Source: Octopus sinensis
Taxonomy: Eukaryota
Reading direction: 5' to 3'
DNA length: 64,000 bases
NCBI RefSeq assembly: GCF_006345805.1
Contig: NC_043011.1
Span: forward strand, 41,304,464 to 41,368,463
Positions 1 to 12,560 of this stretch are shown in pieces. The translations under genes were made by a program, and so were the position numbers. The notes below the pieces were generated by a model. It saw only the letters and a program-made list of their open reading frames with translations, was not told the origin of the DNA and ran no database searches. Each line of letters starts with the position of its first letter. The stretch's first letter is position 1.

Positions 1-1800
1 CATCGTTTAACGTCCGTTTTCCATGCTAACAACATGGGTTGGACGGTTTGACTGGGGTCTGGGAAGCCAGGAGGCTGCACCAGGCTCCAGTCTGATCTGG
101 CAGCGTTTCTACAGCTGGATGCCCTTCCTAACGCCAACCACTCCGTGAGTGTAGTGGGAGCTTTCTATGTGCCACTGGCACAGGTGCCAGGCGAGGCTGG
201 CAATAGCCATGATTGGTTGGTGCTTTTTATGTGCCACCGGCATGGAAGCCAGTCGAGGCGGCACTGGCAACGGTCACGTTCAGATGGTGCTTTTTACGTG
301 CCACCGGCACTGGTATCACAACTACAATTTACATTGATTTTTTGATCGATTTCGATTTCACTTGCCTTAACAGGTCTTTGCAAGCAGAGTTTTGTGTCCA
401 AAGAAGGAAAGGTATGCATAAGTGGACCGGCTACATGCCAGGTAAAGGCCATGGGTTATGGTCTCACTTGTCCTGACGGGTCTTCTCATTCACAGCATAT
501 TTCCAAAGGTCTTGGTCACTAGTCATTGCCTCGGTGAGACCTAATGTTCGAAGGTCGTGCTTCACTACCTCGTCCCAGGTTTTCCTGGGTCTATCTCTTC
601 CACAGGTTCCCTCAATGGCTAGAGTGTGGCACTTTTTCACACACCTATCTTCATCCATTCTCGCCACATGACCATACCAGCACAATCGTCTCTCTTACAC
701 ACCATAACTGATGTTTCTTAGATCCAACTTTTCTCTCAAGGTACTTACACTCTGTCGAGTATGAACACTGACATTACACATCCATCGGAGCATACTGGCT
801 TCATTCCTTGTGAGCTTACGCATATCCTCAGCAGTCAGGGCCCATGTTTCACTGCCATGTAGCATGGCTGTTCATACACATGCATCATACTGTCTACCTT
901 TTACTCTGAGTGAGAGGCCTTTTGTCACCAGCAGAGATAAGAGCTCTTTGAACTTTGCCCAGGCTATTCTTACTCTAGCAGTTACACTTTCAGCACACCC
1001 AGGTAACGGAAGCTATCAACTACTTCTAGTTTTTCTCCTTGGAATGTGGCGGAAGTTGTTCTCTGCACATTTTCTCAGTGTTTCCAAAGGTCTTGGTCAC
1101 TAGTCATTGCATCTACCATTGCATCACTTTTTCACACACCTATCTTCATCCATTCTCGCCACATGACCATACCAGCGCAATCGTCTCTCTTACACGCCAT
1201 AACTGATGCTTCTTAGATCCAACTTTTCTCTCAAGGTACTTACACTCTGTCGAGTATGAACACTGACATTACACATCCATCGGAGCATACTGGCTTCATT
1301 CCTTGTGAGCTTACGCATATCCTGAGCATCTACCACACACAAAAACTATCTTCCTAGTTAGCCTTCGTTTGACATTGCTGCACCTCTTATGTGTCCATAG
1401 TTTACACTGGGTACATCTTATAGAGTTTCTACCTATGCCTTTTCTACAGATCGAGCAGGGCCATCTACCTGAAGGCGTTTGTGGTTTGTCTACCTTCCTA
1501 CATATTAGGACTTTGGTTTTAGCTCGGTTGACTCTAAGGCCCTTCGATTCTAATCCTTGCTTCCACACCTGAAGCTTCTCCTCCAGTTCTGATAGTGACT
1601 CAGCAATTAGAGGAACTCCCAGGGGCATCCTGTCTTGAATTCCTCTGTTATTGCCTGGAGAACTATGATAAATAGGAGGGGGCTGAGTACTGAACCTTGG
1701 TGGACCCCTTCCTCTACCCGGAATTCTTCACTGTACTCATTGCCAACCCTCACCTTACTAACAGCGTCCCTGTACATGGCTCGCACAGCTCTCACTAACC
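1..1800 (-). mobile_element. RTE-clade LINE, 5'-truncated and degenerate (RT C-terminal half plus 3' UTR), with an internal duplication
   Basis: Minus-strand peptides VRVGNEYSEEFRVEEGVHQGSVLSPLLFIIV, GLRVNRAKTKVL, CSICRKGIGRNSIRCTQCKLWTHKRC and WYGHVARMDEDRCVKKC..GRDRPRKTW are typical of RTE reverse transcriptase. 630-830 is repeated at ~1124-1325. The 3' end (catcgtttaacgtccgttttccatgc) is at position 1. Confidence 0.9.
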
Positions 1801-1869
1801 ATGTATATAAGTGTATGTATATATGTATATATATATATATACATATATACATACACTTATATACATGGT

Positions 1870-1901
<32 letters not shown>

Positions 1902-2275
1902 TGCACTTATATATACACATGCTCGCATATACATCATCAATATGCACATCATTATATACACCCTCATCATAATCATTGCTGTTGCTGTTGTTATTATCAT
2001 ATCATCATTGTCACCACCTCCGTCATCATAACGCCACCACCACCACCATCATCACTACTGCTACCACCACCACACCACCCATCACCATCAGCATCACCAT
2101 TGTTGACATCATCGTCATCATTGGTAAAGCAAAAGGAACAGATGAAAACTGGAATAAATACCTTATAACGATGATGATGATGAGGAAGATATGGACGGTG
2201 ATGGTAATGATGGTGATATTGATTGTGTGTATTTTACATTATTTTATTTATATTTTTTTCGTGACCCTTTCACAG

Positions 2276-2407
2276 CCTCACCTCGATTACCATGGCAGTG
2301 CTATCCTAGCGGCCAGCCTGGACACGTGTACCTTGCCATACAGATTACGTGACAAACAGACCCATATGAAGGACATCAGTCATTCGCTCAATTCAATGAG
2401 CCGCAAG
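2276..2407 (+). CDS. MSTO1: Misato homolog 1, internal exon (PHLDYHGSAILAASLDTCTLPYRL...MSRK), phase 0/0
   Basis: Acceptor tttcacag, donor gtaagg, 132 nt. Resembles the MSTO1 motif [20 protein letters not shown] (recalled human sequence). Upstream exons lie outside the window. Confidence 0.9.
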
Positions 2408-2624
2408 GTAAGGGTTGTGATAATTACTATTGTTGTTGTTGTTGTGTAGCCTTATCAGTTCTGGTGTATCAGACCCAGTTGAACAAAGCGTGTGATCAAA
2501 GATATTCCACCCAAGACCATCCCACCTTATATTCTATGTCAGCTATCTTGATTGAATGATCAGTTTCGATTGTTTGCTTATTTTATACGTTTGTTTTTGC
2601 AATGCTAGCACACACATCATCGCA

Positions 2625-2990
2625 GCTCTCTGTCGGTTATGACGACGAAGGTTCCAGTTGGTCTGATCAACGGAACAGCCTGCTTATGAAATTAACGTGC
2701 AAGTGGCTGAGTGCTCCACAGACACGTGTACCTTTAACGTAGTTCTTGGGGAGATTCAGTGGGACACAGCGTGTGACAAGGCTGGCCCCTTTGAAATACA
2801 GGTACAACAGAAACCGGAAGAAAGAGTGAGAGAAAGTTGTAGGGAAAGAGTACAGCACCCCCTGCTGGAGCCTCATGGGGCTTTAGGTGTTTATGCTCAA
2901 TAAACACTCTCAAAACCCAGTCTGGGAATCGAAACTGTGATCCTACGACCACAAGTCCACTGCCTTAACCCCTGAGCCATTGTGCTTCCA
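2625..2990 (-). mobile_element. tRNA-derived SINE (octopus OR-type), diverged copy
   Basis: Reverse complement of the element at 31928-32312. Confidence 0.85.
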
Positions 2991-3006
2991 CAGCACACAC
3001 ATACAT

Positions 3007-3056
<50 letters not shown>

Positions 3057-3094
3057 TATGTTAAACTAGAACCCAAAATTCCTTGTTTTGCAAG

Positions 3095-3400
3095 TTACTT
3101 GGTGACCCTGCCAGTGCTGGTGCTACGTAAAAAGCATCCAGTCCACACTGTGAAGTGGTTGGCATCTGGAAGGGCATCCATCTGTAAAATCCATGCTAAA
3201 ACTGACCTCTCCTCTGCTAGTGCCATGTAAAAAGCACTCAGTTCACCCTGTAGGGTGGTTGGTGTTAGGAAGGGCATCCAGTTGTAAAAACCCTGCCAAA
3301 ACAGACACAGTAGCCAGGGGTAGTCTTCTACTTTGCCGGCTCCTGCCAAACCGTCCAACCCATGCCAGCATGGAAGGCAGATGTTACACAATGATGATGG
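3095..3400 (+). mobile_element. RTE-LINE 3' UTR/tail fragment
   Basis: ggttggtgttaggaagggcatccag...ccgtccaacccatgccagcatggaa then a (GAT)n tail; reverse complement of positions 1-150. Confidence 0.8.
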
Positions 3401-3519
3401 GGATGATAGGTGTGTGTGTGTGTTTTATGTTATGACACAAAACAATTCTACATTAAACTGAAAGATTACTCAGTACTTTTTTGTAGAGTACAGATTTATT
3501 ATTCTTAAACATGAATTAT

Positions 3520-4222
3520 TTACATTTGACGGATATTTGTCCTCATCTTGTTTGTTGTTAACACAACATTTCGGTTAATATACCCTCCTGCCTTCATCAG
3601 GTGTCTTGGGGAGATTTTGAACCTGGGTTCTCATTCGTAAGGTATTTTTCAATGTTGTTATTATTATTATTATTACGAGTTCGATTCCAAGCAGTGACCT
3701 GAATAATAATAATAATAATATCAAGGCTGGAGGATATATCAGCCAAAACATTGTGTTAACAACAAGCAAGATCATCATCATCATCGTTTAACGTCTGTTT
3801 TCCATGCTAGCATGGGTTGGACGGTTTGACCGGGTCTGGGAAGCCAGGGGGCTGCACCAGGCTCCAGTCTGATCTGGCAGTGTTTCTATAGCTGGATGCC
3901 CTTCCTAATGCCAACCACTCCGTGAGTGTAGTGGGTGCTTTTTACGTGCCACCGGCATAGGTGCCGGGGGGAGGGGGAGGGGCTGGCAACAGCCACAATC
4001 GGTTGGTGCTTTTTACGTGCCACTGGCACGGAAGCCAGTCAAGGCAGCGCTGGCATCAGCCACGTTCAGATGGTGCTTTTTACGTGCCACTGGCTCTGGT
4101 ATCACAACTACAATTTCCATTTGATTTTTATTTGATATTGATGTACTTGACTCAGTAGGTCTCCTCAAGCACGAGGACAAATATCCGTCAAATGTAAATG
4201 ATGTAAATAATGTAAATAATTC
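3520..4222. mobile_element. Penelope-like pseudo-LTR fold-back with a minus-strand hammerhead motif, interrupted by an RTE tail
   Basis: 3520-3597 is inverted relative to 3723-3773 plus 4172-4198. Minus strand 3605-3560 reads gacac-CTGATGA-aggc..aacc-GAAA-tgtt-gtgtt. Confidence 0.7.
3772..4171 (-). mobile_element. RTE-LINE 3' UTR copy
   Basis: Closely matches positions 1-380 in the same orientation, with a (CAT)n tail. Confidence 0.88.
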
Positions 4223-5451
4223 CTCATCTCTTAAATATAGAACTATATGAATAGTGTTGACAGTAACTTTGAAGTTTCAGACTGTCTGATGAAGGCTGAA
4301 ACTTCATAGCTACTGTCAATACTATTTTTAAAGAATAATACACACACAGACACACACACACACACGCAAGCACATGTATACATACACATATACATACATG
4401 TTTCTGTCTTTTTTTCCCTTGCTAGCATGGGTTAGATGAATATATTACCAAAGCATTTTTCTTTGTACAGCCTCAAACACAAATAAATACCCACGCACAT
4501 ACACACACACAATATACATTTATTATAAATCTTATTGTTGATCATGTTGTTTAGCCCCCAAATGATTCGTAATTTAGAAAATTATGATCAAAGTACAATC
4601 CAGCCATGATCATCCTGTCTTAGTGGAGGAGGAACAGGGTGATGTCTAGAATTACATTATCAAATGTATCGTTTCTTTATGCAAAACAGTTGTGAGTGAT
4701 TTAAAGGAGATTTGGCTGTTATTTCTAGCATGTCAAGAGGCTAATTTGTTTTCTTTTTACTGTTGGCCATCCTTTCTACAGCTAACTTTTCAAGTAACTC
4801 TAAGGGCTGGGACCCGTTTCAGTTTTTTCAGCCAAGTGTACTGGGGCATAGTTATATACAATGATTTTGAAAGAAATCTCAGAAGTAACTTCTGTGCACT
4901 GAAGACATACACTGTGATCACCCAAATGTTTTATGGTGAGTTCGTAAACTTAAATTAAACGAGATTTTCTGTGTAATTAGTAAGCAAAAGCTCCTCTTGA
5001 TACTTAAAATTGCTTAAAAACAAAACAAGGGAGACAACTCTGATGAGACCTCATAGCATGGAGTTATCTACCTTGTTTAGTGGACCACCATAAAGACTCT
5101 GAACTGAGGAAGGAGATTCTGTGAAGTTGCTTCTTTCTGCTAGAAATGACAGGCAAATATCCGTCAGCTAACATTTTTGTCAACCCTAGAAGGAAGATGT
5201 TCCATCCGTGGCCTCCTGTATTCTTTTCAGTCATAGTATATCGCGGATTAAATCAATCAGTGTGTTCATTTTCATTTAAAAACATTGAAGTGTGTGTGAT
5301 TTGAGAGAGATTTGACTGCAATTTCTAGCAAATCAAATGGTTTCCACAGAGGCTCCCTACTTGGATGATGGTGGTTGTGATGGTGATGATGATGCTAATG
5401 ATGTTGCATACTTTCTTTTCGTTTTGTCTTTCATGCCCAACCATGGCGTAG

Positions 5452-5633
5452 GTGGCAGCACTGTGCAGCACCATACCGTTCCCTCTGGGCGAAGACAGCT
5501 CCTTGATTGAGTCTCTGATGCAGATGGGGGACCAGGTGCCCTGGACATCGATCAGTCCCTACGTAAATACCGAAACAAAGCCATGGATGACCTCCACCAC
5601 ATTACGAGGCATCCCCAATTCAATGACAAAATC
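5452..5633 (+). CDS. MSTO1: Misato homolog 1, exon (VAALCSTIPFPLGEDSSLIESLMQMGDQVPWTSISP...LRGIPNSMTK), phase 0/2
   Basis: Pyrimidine tract then tag acceptor; donor gtgagt. Resembles MSTO1 [29 protein letters not shown]...VLRGI. Confidence 0.92.
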
Positions 5634-6080
5634 GTGAGTATCAACCTGGATCACGGTAGAACTCTTGTCTGCACCTATACTCTGAGTGTGTGTATGCGGG
5701 TGCGCGCGTGTGTGTGTGCGTGCGCGGGTGTGTGTGTGCACGTGTGAATGCGTGTGTGTACGTGTGTGTGCGCGTGCATGTATCTGGGTGTTTGAGTGCG
5801 TGTATGAGTGTGCGTGTGTGTGCGCGCATGCGTGCGTGTGCGTGCATGTATATGTGTGTGCATGTATATGTGTGTGCGTGTGTATGTATGTTTGATAAGT
5901 GCTAACACATAAAACTTACGCCCTTTGAGTCACTGTCGCTTCTGCTATATATTAATAATAGTACGTGTGTGTATGTATATATATATATATATATATTTAT
6001 GTGTGTGTATGTATATATGTGTGTATTTATATATATATATATATATAATATATGTATGTATGTATATGTATATATACATA

Positions 6081-6132
<52 letters not shown>

Positions 6133-6312
6133 TGCATATATGTATGTATGTATAGGTGTGTGTGTGTGTGTTAAAAAGAAAGAACTAAGTACCCTTCCAT
6201 GCTTACCCTTTAAAACTAAAACTCTGGCCCCTGTCATGTCATTTATAAACTCCCTAGTCCAGTTATTGTTGATTCCTCACTTTCAAGTCTTGTTTGTCTT
6301 TCGTTGATACAG

Positions 6313-6414
6313 AGACAACATCAGTGCAGAGTTCGCTCCCCTGCTGAGTCAGTGTAACACACGCGACGATGTCTTGAAACTTTATCTGTCGGAAACGATG
6401 CCGTCTTCACTGAA
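6313..6414 (+). CDS. MSTO1: Misato homolog 1, exon (DNISAEFAPLLSQCNTRDDVLKLYLSETMPSSL), phase 2/2
   Basis: Acceptor gatacag, donor gtaagt, 102 nt; keeps frame between neighbouring exons. Resembles LHACTTGEEILAQYL. Too short for the ORF track. Confidence 0.87.
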
Positions 6415-6554
6415 GTAAGTCACTGATTCAAAGCTATGTATACACACTGTTTATTTGCTATATACACCTGTCCAACCCATGCTAGCATGGAAAGCGGACG
6501 TTAAACGATGATGAGGATGATGATGATGTCTTTGTATGTCTATCTGTCTCACTT

Positions 6555-7123
6555 AAGACCCGTCAAGCCAGGTGAGATCATAGCCGTGGCCAATGCTGGT
6601 ATCATGTAACTGGCACATAAAAAGCTCCTTTCAAGCGCTGGGCCTCTCGAAGCCGAAGTGGCCAATGCCAGTGGCACGCAAAAAGGCTCCTTTCAAGTGT
6701 TAGGCCTCGTGGAGGCAAAGTGGCCAATACCAATGACACGTAAAAGGCTCCTTTCAAGTGTTAGGCCTCATGGAGGCAAAGTGGCCGATGCTGGTGGCAC
6801 AGGAAAAGCTCCTTTCAAGTGTTGGACCTCACAGAAGCAATGACGAATAGCCAAGACCTTGGCATTATGTCGTAATCCATCAAACCAAGTAAAGTCACCA
6901 TCGGGGCAGATACTGGTGTCACGCAAATGGCACCTGTGCCAGTGACATGTAAAAAGCACCCATATCCTTCTTGAAGTGGTTGGTGTTAGGAAGGGCATCC
7001 AGCCTTAGAAAACCATGCCAAAATCAGACTGGAACCTGGTGTGGCTCTCTGGCTTACCAATTCCAGTTAAACTGTCCAACCCATGCCAGCATGGAAAGCA
7101 GACACTAAATGATGATGATGATG
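6555..7123 (+). mobile_element. RTE-LINE 3' UTR fragment with internal ~61-bp tandem repeats
   Basis: Unit gtggccaatgccagtggcacgtaaaaggctcctttcaagtgttaggcctc repeated ~3.5 times; RTE tail with (GAT)n. Confidence 0.8.
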
Positions 7124-7557
7124 ATATAAAGTGAGTGGGTGAGAGCAAAGTTCCTTATAGATATAATACAGAATAGGACTGAAATGGATTTGAATTTAAA
7201 CTCCTTCTTCACCCTGGGCCAATGCTTTGTCATTGAAGTGCAATCTAAGTGCAATCCTGATATGGAAATAGTGTGGCTAGAGAAACACAGTTAGGCTCTA
7301 GGCATATACTGATATAGAGCACAAAATACAGCTTATAAGAAAAAGAAAAAATTTTATAACATTTTATCTCAACAGCTGTTTTATACGTTATATAATAAAC
7401 ATATTCCTAAGTTATATACGCATGATGTTATAGGTATTCAGATGAAATTGTTAAAGTAAGTTAAACTTCTCTTTTCAAGAGCAGATTGTCTATCCATCTG
7501 TCTGTCTAATAATATGATGATATATGTATGTATATATGATGATGATGTGTGTATCTT

Positions 7558-7791
7558 AAGGCGGCAAGCTGGCAGAAATGTTAGCATGCCGGGCGAAATG
7601 CTTAGCAGTATTTCGTCTGCTGCTACGTTCTGAGTTCAAATTCCGCCATGGTCAACTTTGCCTTTCATCCTTTCGGGGTCGATTAAATAAGTACCAGTTA
7701 TGCACTGGGGTTGATATAATTGACTTAATCCGTTTGTCTGAACTTGTTTGTCCTCTCTGTGTTTAGCCCCTTGTGGGTAGTAAAGAAATAG
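7558..7791 (+). mobile_element. tRNA-derived SINE (octopus OK-like family), full length
   Basis: aaggcggcaagctggcagaa, B-box-like gagttcaaattcc, central ctttgcctttcatcctttcggggtcga, tail ccccttgtgggtagtaaagaaatag. More than 15 related copies in the window. Confidence 0.85.
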
Positions 7792-7940
7792 ATATATGTA
7801 TCTATAATTTCACTTAGGCTTTGCGATACTAATAATCTGTTGTAGAACTCAATACATAGTGGCTCAGAAATGAACTGTTAGTCAAACAGAGAGTAATAAG
7901 AAATTGAGATGACAAAGGACTAAACAATTATTTTACGAAA

Positions 7941-8087
7941 TCCATTAGCTTACAACTGTTTGCATTATAAGATGCAGTGGACTCATAGCTGAAGGCCTGA
8001 GGCTCTGATGAAGCTATTAGGTGTTACCCTCACACTTTATTACGACTACACTGCATATTATAGCAGAAACAGTTGTAAGCTAATGGA
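7941..8087 (+). ncRNA. Type-I hammerhead ribozyme motif (8001-8081) inside a short inverted-repeat unit
   Basis: ggct-CTGATGA-a-gctat...atagc-a-GAAAC-agtt-GTA-agct, with all three stems pairing. Arms 7941-7978 and 8049-8087 are inverted. Confidence 0.7.
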
Positions 8088-8257
8088 GTTCATATCTCTT
8101 TTTCTTACATACATACATATATATATACATATATATAATATATATATATAATATTATATTATATATATATACCATCATCATCATTGTATGTATGTATGTA
8201 TATATGTATAGAGTATGATATGCTATGTCGTATGTATAATGTTTGTTTCTCTTTCAG

Positions 8258-8373
8258 TGCTGGTTGTTCAGTGTCATCACCGTGCCATTTAGCGTCATCA
8301 TTTCCACATATTTTCACACCAAACATCACCTCTCAAGGATTCATATCAACAATGTTACGTCCACCACTTCAAG
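8258..8373 (+). CDS. MSTO1: Misato homolog 1, exon (AGCSVSSPCHLASSFPHIFTPNITSQGFISTMLRPPLQ), phase 2/1
   Basis: Acceptor ctctttcag, donor gtaac. Resembles PCRVAPPYPHLFS of MSTO1; phases are consistent. Confidence 0.9.
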
Positions 8374-9159
8374 GTAACATTATCGAACCTTCCTTCCTTC
8401 CACCCTTCCACCCTTCCTTTCTTCCACCTTTCCTTCCTTCCTTTTTACTTTATATTGTTTCTTTCCTTTCCTTTGTGTTTTTTATGTCTTTGCTATATTT
8501 CTTGTTCTTCCTGTCTTGCATCAGATGTGTGTGTGTGAGTGGTGGGTTAAGGATGAAAAACAACTAATAGAAGAGAATAGAGGAGGATGGGAGAGGGAGA
8601 TGTGGAGAGAGAGAGAGTTACTGGAACAGAGAGGGAGAGTTAACTAAGAAAGAATGAGAGAGAGAGAAAGAGTGTGTATGTGTGTCAGAGAAAGACTGTG
8701 TGTGTGTGTGAGAGAGAGAAAGAGTGTGTGTGAGAGAGAGAGAGAAAGAGAGTGTGTGTGTGAGAGATAGTGTGTATGTGAGAGAGAGAGAGAAAGAGTG
8801 TGTGTGAGAGAGAGAGAGAAAGAGTGTGTGTGAGAGAGAGTGTGTATGTGTGAGAGAAAGAGAAAGTGTTTGTGTGTGTGAGAGAGAGAGAGTGTGTGTG
8901 AGAGAGAGAAAGAGTGTGTGTGTGAGAGAGAGAGAGAGAGACAAGTCATTAGAGAGGGAGATGGAGCTACTTCAGTGAACATTGGTGGTGGTGGTGGTGG
9001 TGATGCTGGAGGCAGCAGCATCTGATGTGGTGGTGGGGATGGTGAGTGGTAGTGATGATGATGATGATGATGATGATGGTGGTGGTGGGAAATGATTTTG
9101 ACATTTTAGGTAATGATGTTTTTTATTTATTTTTTTTTTGTTTTTCTCCCCGCCGCCAG

Positions 9160-9356
9160 CTGTAAGCACCGTTCCTGCGATGAGTTCTTTGCAAAGCACC
9201 AAAGACAGTGGCGAGATGGTCGGCATGCTCTACGAAGAGGCCAAGAAGGTCAACCTGAAGCGATTCCATAGGTTTCTTGCTGCTGGACTGGAAGAAGACG
9301 AGTTTAAAGAGTGTCTTAACGAACTGGCGAATCTCTCAGAAAATTATTGCGAATGA
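9160..9356 (+). CDS. MSTO1: Misato homolog 1, terminal coding exon (VSTVPAMSSLQS...LKRFHRFLAAGLEEDEFKECLNELANLSENYCE*)
   Basis: Long pyrimidine tract then ccag; stop TGA at 9354-9356. Resembles the MSTO1 C-terminus VESIPVFGALCSS...[31 protein letters not shown]. Confidence 0.92.
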
Positions 9357-9387
9357 AGAAGAATCGATGCAGAAGAGGAAACAAAAC

Positions 9388-9428
<41 letters not shown>

Positions 9429-9719
9429 TGAATATGAGTATTACACAATACTATACACCTGATGTGTGTGTGTGTGTGTGTGTCTGTGTGGTTTTGATTG
9501 TTGTTTGTGGATAACACTTTTCTGCACAAAGGAGCGTGATGCTGTAAGGAATTTATAAGGGAGATAATTCTTCTCAAGCTACTCTTAATTTCTTTTTATA
9601 TTTTGAATCAAATTTTATTTATTATTATAAAAGCTCTTCTTCTTCTCCTCATCCTCATAACTATTATTATTATTATTATTATTTAATTCCTAATTATTAT
9701 TATCACTATTATTGTTATT

Positions 9720-10062
9720 TAATCAACTTAACTCCTCCTTCCAAATTTCAGGCCTTGTGCCTACAGTAGAAAGGATTATTATTATTATTATTATTATCCT
9801 TATTATTATTATTATTATTATTATTATTTAAGGTGGTTAGTTGGCAAAATCGTTAGCACGCTGAATGAAATGCTTAGTGGTATTTCGCCCATCACTGTGT
9901 TCTGAGTTCAAATTCCACCGAGGTCGACTTTGCCACTCATCCTTTCAGGGTCAATAAATTAAGTACCAGTTATGCACTGGGATCAATGAAATTGACTAGC
10001 ACCTTCCCCCAAAGTTTCAGGCCTTGTGCCTATAACAGAAAGGCCTATTATTATTATTATTA

Positions 10063-10108
<46 letters not shown>

Positions 10109-12070
10109 AGGCGGCAAACTGGCAGAATCGTTAGCACAGCTGGATGAAATGCTTCGTGGTATTTCACCTATTGCTAGGTTCTGAGTTCAAATTCCACAGA
10201 GGTCAACTTTACCTTTCATTGTATCAGGGTCGATAAATTAAGTACCAGTGAAACATTGGGGTTCGATGTAATCAACTAGCCTCCCCTCCCCCAACCAAAT
10301 TTCAGGCTTTGTGGCTTTAGTGGAAAGGATTATTATAATTATTAATAATAATCAGGTGGGGAGCTGGCAAAATTGTGACTGCACCAGACAGAATGTTTTG
10401 TGGCATTTCGCCAGTTTTCATATTCTGAGTTCAAATTCCGCTGGGGTCAATGCTGCCTTTCATCCTTTCGAGGGTCGATAAAATAAGTACCAGTTAAGTA
10501 CTGGGGTTGATGTAATTGACTCACCCCCCGCCCCCTCCACCGAAATTGCTGGCCTTGTGCCAAAATTTGAAATCAATATTATTTTAGGCATTGAGTTGGC
10601 AGAGTCCTTAGCACATCAGATGCAGTGCTTGGCAGCATCTCATTCAACTTTACATTGTCGGTTCAAATTCTGCCGAGGTCGACTTTGCCTTTCATCCTTT
10701 CAAGGTTGATGAAATATGTACCAGTTGTGCTCTGGGGGTGGGTGGTGGGAGGGGGTTTCAATGTAATTGACTAGTACTCCCCTTCCCCTCCAAAAAAATT
10801 CCAGGCCCTGCACCTATACTTGGAAGGATTATTATTATGATTATTATTTTTATTGTGGCGAGCTGGCAGAATCATTAGCACATCACACAAAATGCTTAGC
10901 TGCATTTCATTCGTTCTGAGTTCAAATTCTGCCAAGGTCAAACTCTGCCTTCCATCCTTTCAGGAACAATGAAGTACCAGTTGTGCACTGGGGGTTGATG
11001 TAATTGACCTGCACCAGCACCACCCTCCAAAAATTCCAGGCCTTGTGCCTGTAGTAGAAAGGATTACTATTATTATTATTATTATTATTATTAAATAAAG
11101 AAAACTTTACTATTATTATTTGTCTTGTTTTTATTATATGCTTTCATTGCACTACTGAGTCAAGCCAAGTGAGATCATAGTCGTGGCCGATGCCAGTGTT
11201 GCATAACTGGTATCTAAAAAGCACCCTTCAAATGTTCTGTAATCTGTTCTGCTTGTGAAGACCTGTTGAGCTGAGTGAAATCGTAGTCGTAGCCAATATC
11301 AGTGCTGTCTGACTGGTGCCCGTGCTGGTACCACGTAAAAAGCATCGTTTGAGTGTTTGATGTCATGGAGGCTGTGAGACCTTTGGCGATATACCGTGCT
11401 TGTGTTGACCTGTCAAGCCAAGTGAGAACGTAGCCATGGCTGGTGCTGGTGTCAGGTCAATGGCACCCGTGCTTGTGGCATGTAAAATACACCCATTACA
11501 CTCTCAGAGTGGTTCACATTAGGAAGGGCATCAAGTTGTAGGAACCTTGCCAAATCAAATTGGAACTTGGTCCTCAGTCAAACCATCCAACCCATACCAG
11601 CATGGAAAGCAGACATTAAATGATGATGATGATTAACACAGAGAGCTGGTGGAATCGTTAGCATGCGGGGCAAAATGCTTAGTAACATTTTATCTGTCTT
11701 TATGTCCTGAGTTCAAATTCCACTGAGGTTGACTTTGCCTTTCATCTCTTCAAGGTCAATGAAATAAGTACCAGTTACGTACTGGGGTCAATATCATCGA
11801 CTAGCTCCTCCACCCAAATTTCAGGCCTTGTGCCTTTATTAGAAAGGATTATTATTATTATTATTATCATTATTATTATTATTACTTTTTAAGTTTGTTG
11901 ACTGGCAGAATTGTGAGTGCATTGGAAGCGAAGCCTCATGGTAGTTCTGTCTTTGCATTGTGAGTTCAAATCTCACCTAAGCCACTTCCACTATTCATCC
12001 CTTCAAGGTTCATCAGACAAAGTACCAGTAAAATATTGGGGTCGATAATCTTGGTTAACTCTCTCCCCCA
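9720..12070 (+). mobile_element. Head-to-tail cluster of ~7 OK-like SINEs separated by (ATT)n or AT-rich spacers, plus an RTE tail fragment (11155-11633)
   Basis: SINE starts at ~9829, 10108, 10353, 10586, 10855, 11640 and 11890, all on the + strand. Confidence 0.85.
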
Positions 12071-12094
12071 ATGTTTAGGTATTATATCTCCTAC

Positions 12095-12560
12095 CTTTTG
12101 CTTGTTTTGGTCATTAGACTGAGGCCATGCTGGGGCACTGTACTCAAGGGGTTAGTCAAACAAAACCCCAGAACATTTTTTCTTTTTAAATGCACTTGGA
12201 GTCTTTTAGATGGTTTATTTTTAAAGGCTTAAATGATCTCACAGATTTTTAGGATTTTCAAAAGTTAAGCGGGATAGATTGACGTGTTGTGCCATAGCCC
12301 CACGCCTTTCTATTTCGCTTAACTTGCTATGTAAATCATAGAAACCTGTGAAACTGGTTAAGCCTTTAAAAATAAACCATCTAAAAGACTCCAAGTGCAT
12401 TTTCAACTGTTTTTTCCATGTGTGTGTCTGCGTGTGTATGTATGTGTGCATTTGTCCTTGAGTTCCCATCAACCAAATCCACTCACTGCTTTGGTTGACC
12501 CAAGGCATTTGCTCAAGATGCTACATAGTGGAACCGAACCTCAAACCATGGAAAGCAAAT
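12095..12560 (-). mobile_element. Diverged CORE-like tRNA SINE carrying a 215-bp fold-back insertion (45-bp perfect arms 12188-12232 / 12358-12402)
   Basis: Flanks match the reverse complement of the 23581-24000 family; arms read directly from the sequence. Confidence 0.7.

Noticed and set aside
5035-5125. CTGATGA/CTGAGGA as further hammerheads
   Set aside because: No properly placed GAAA with pairing stems could be built.
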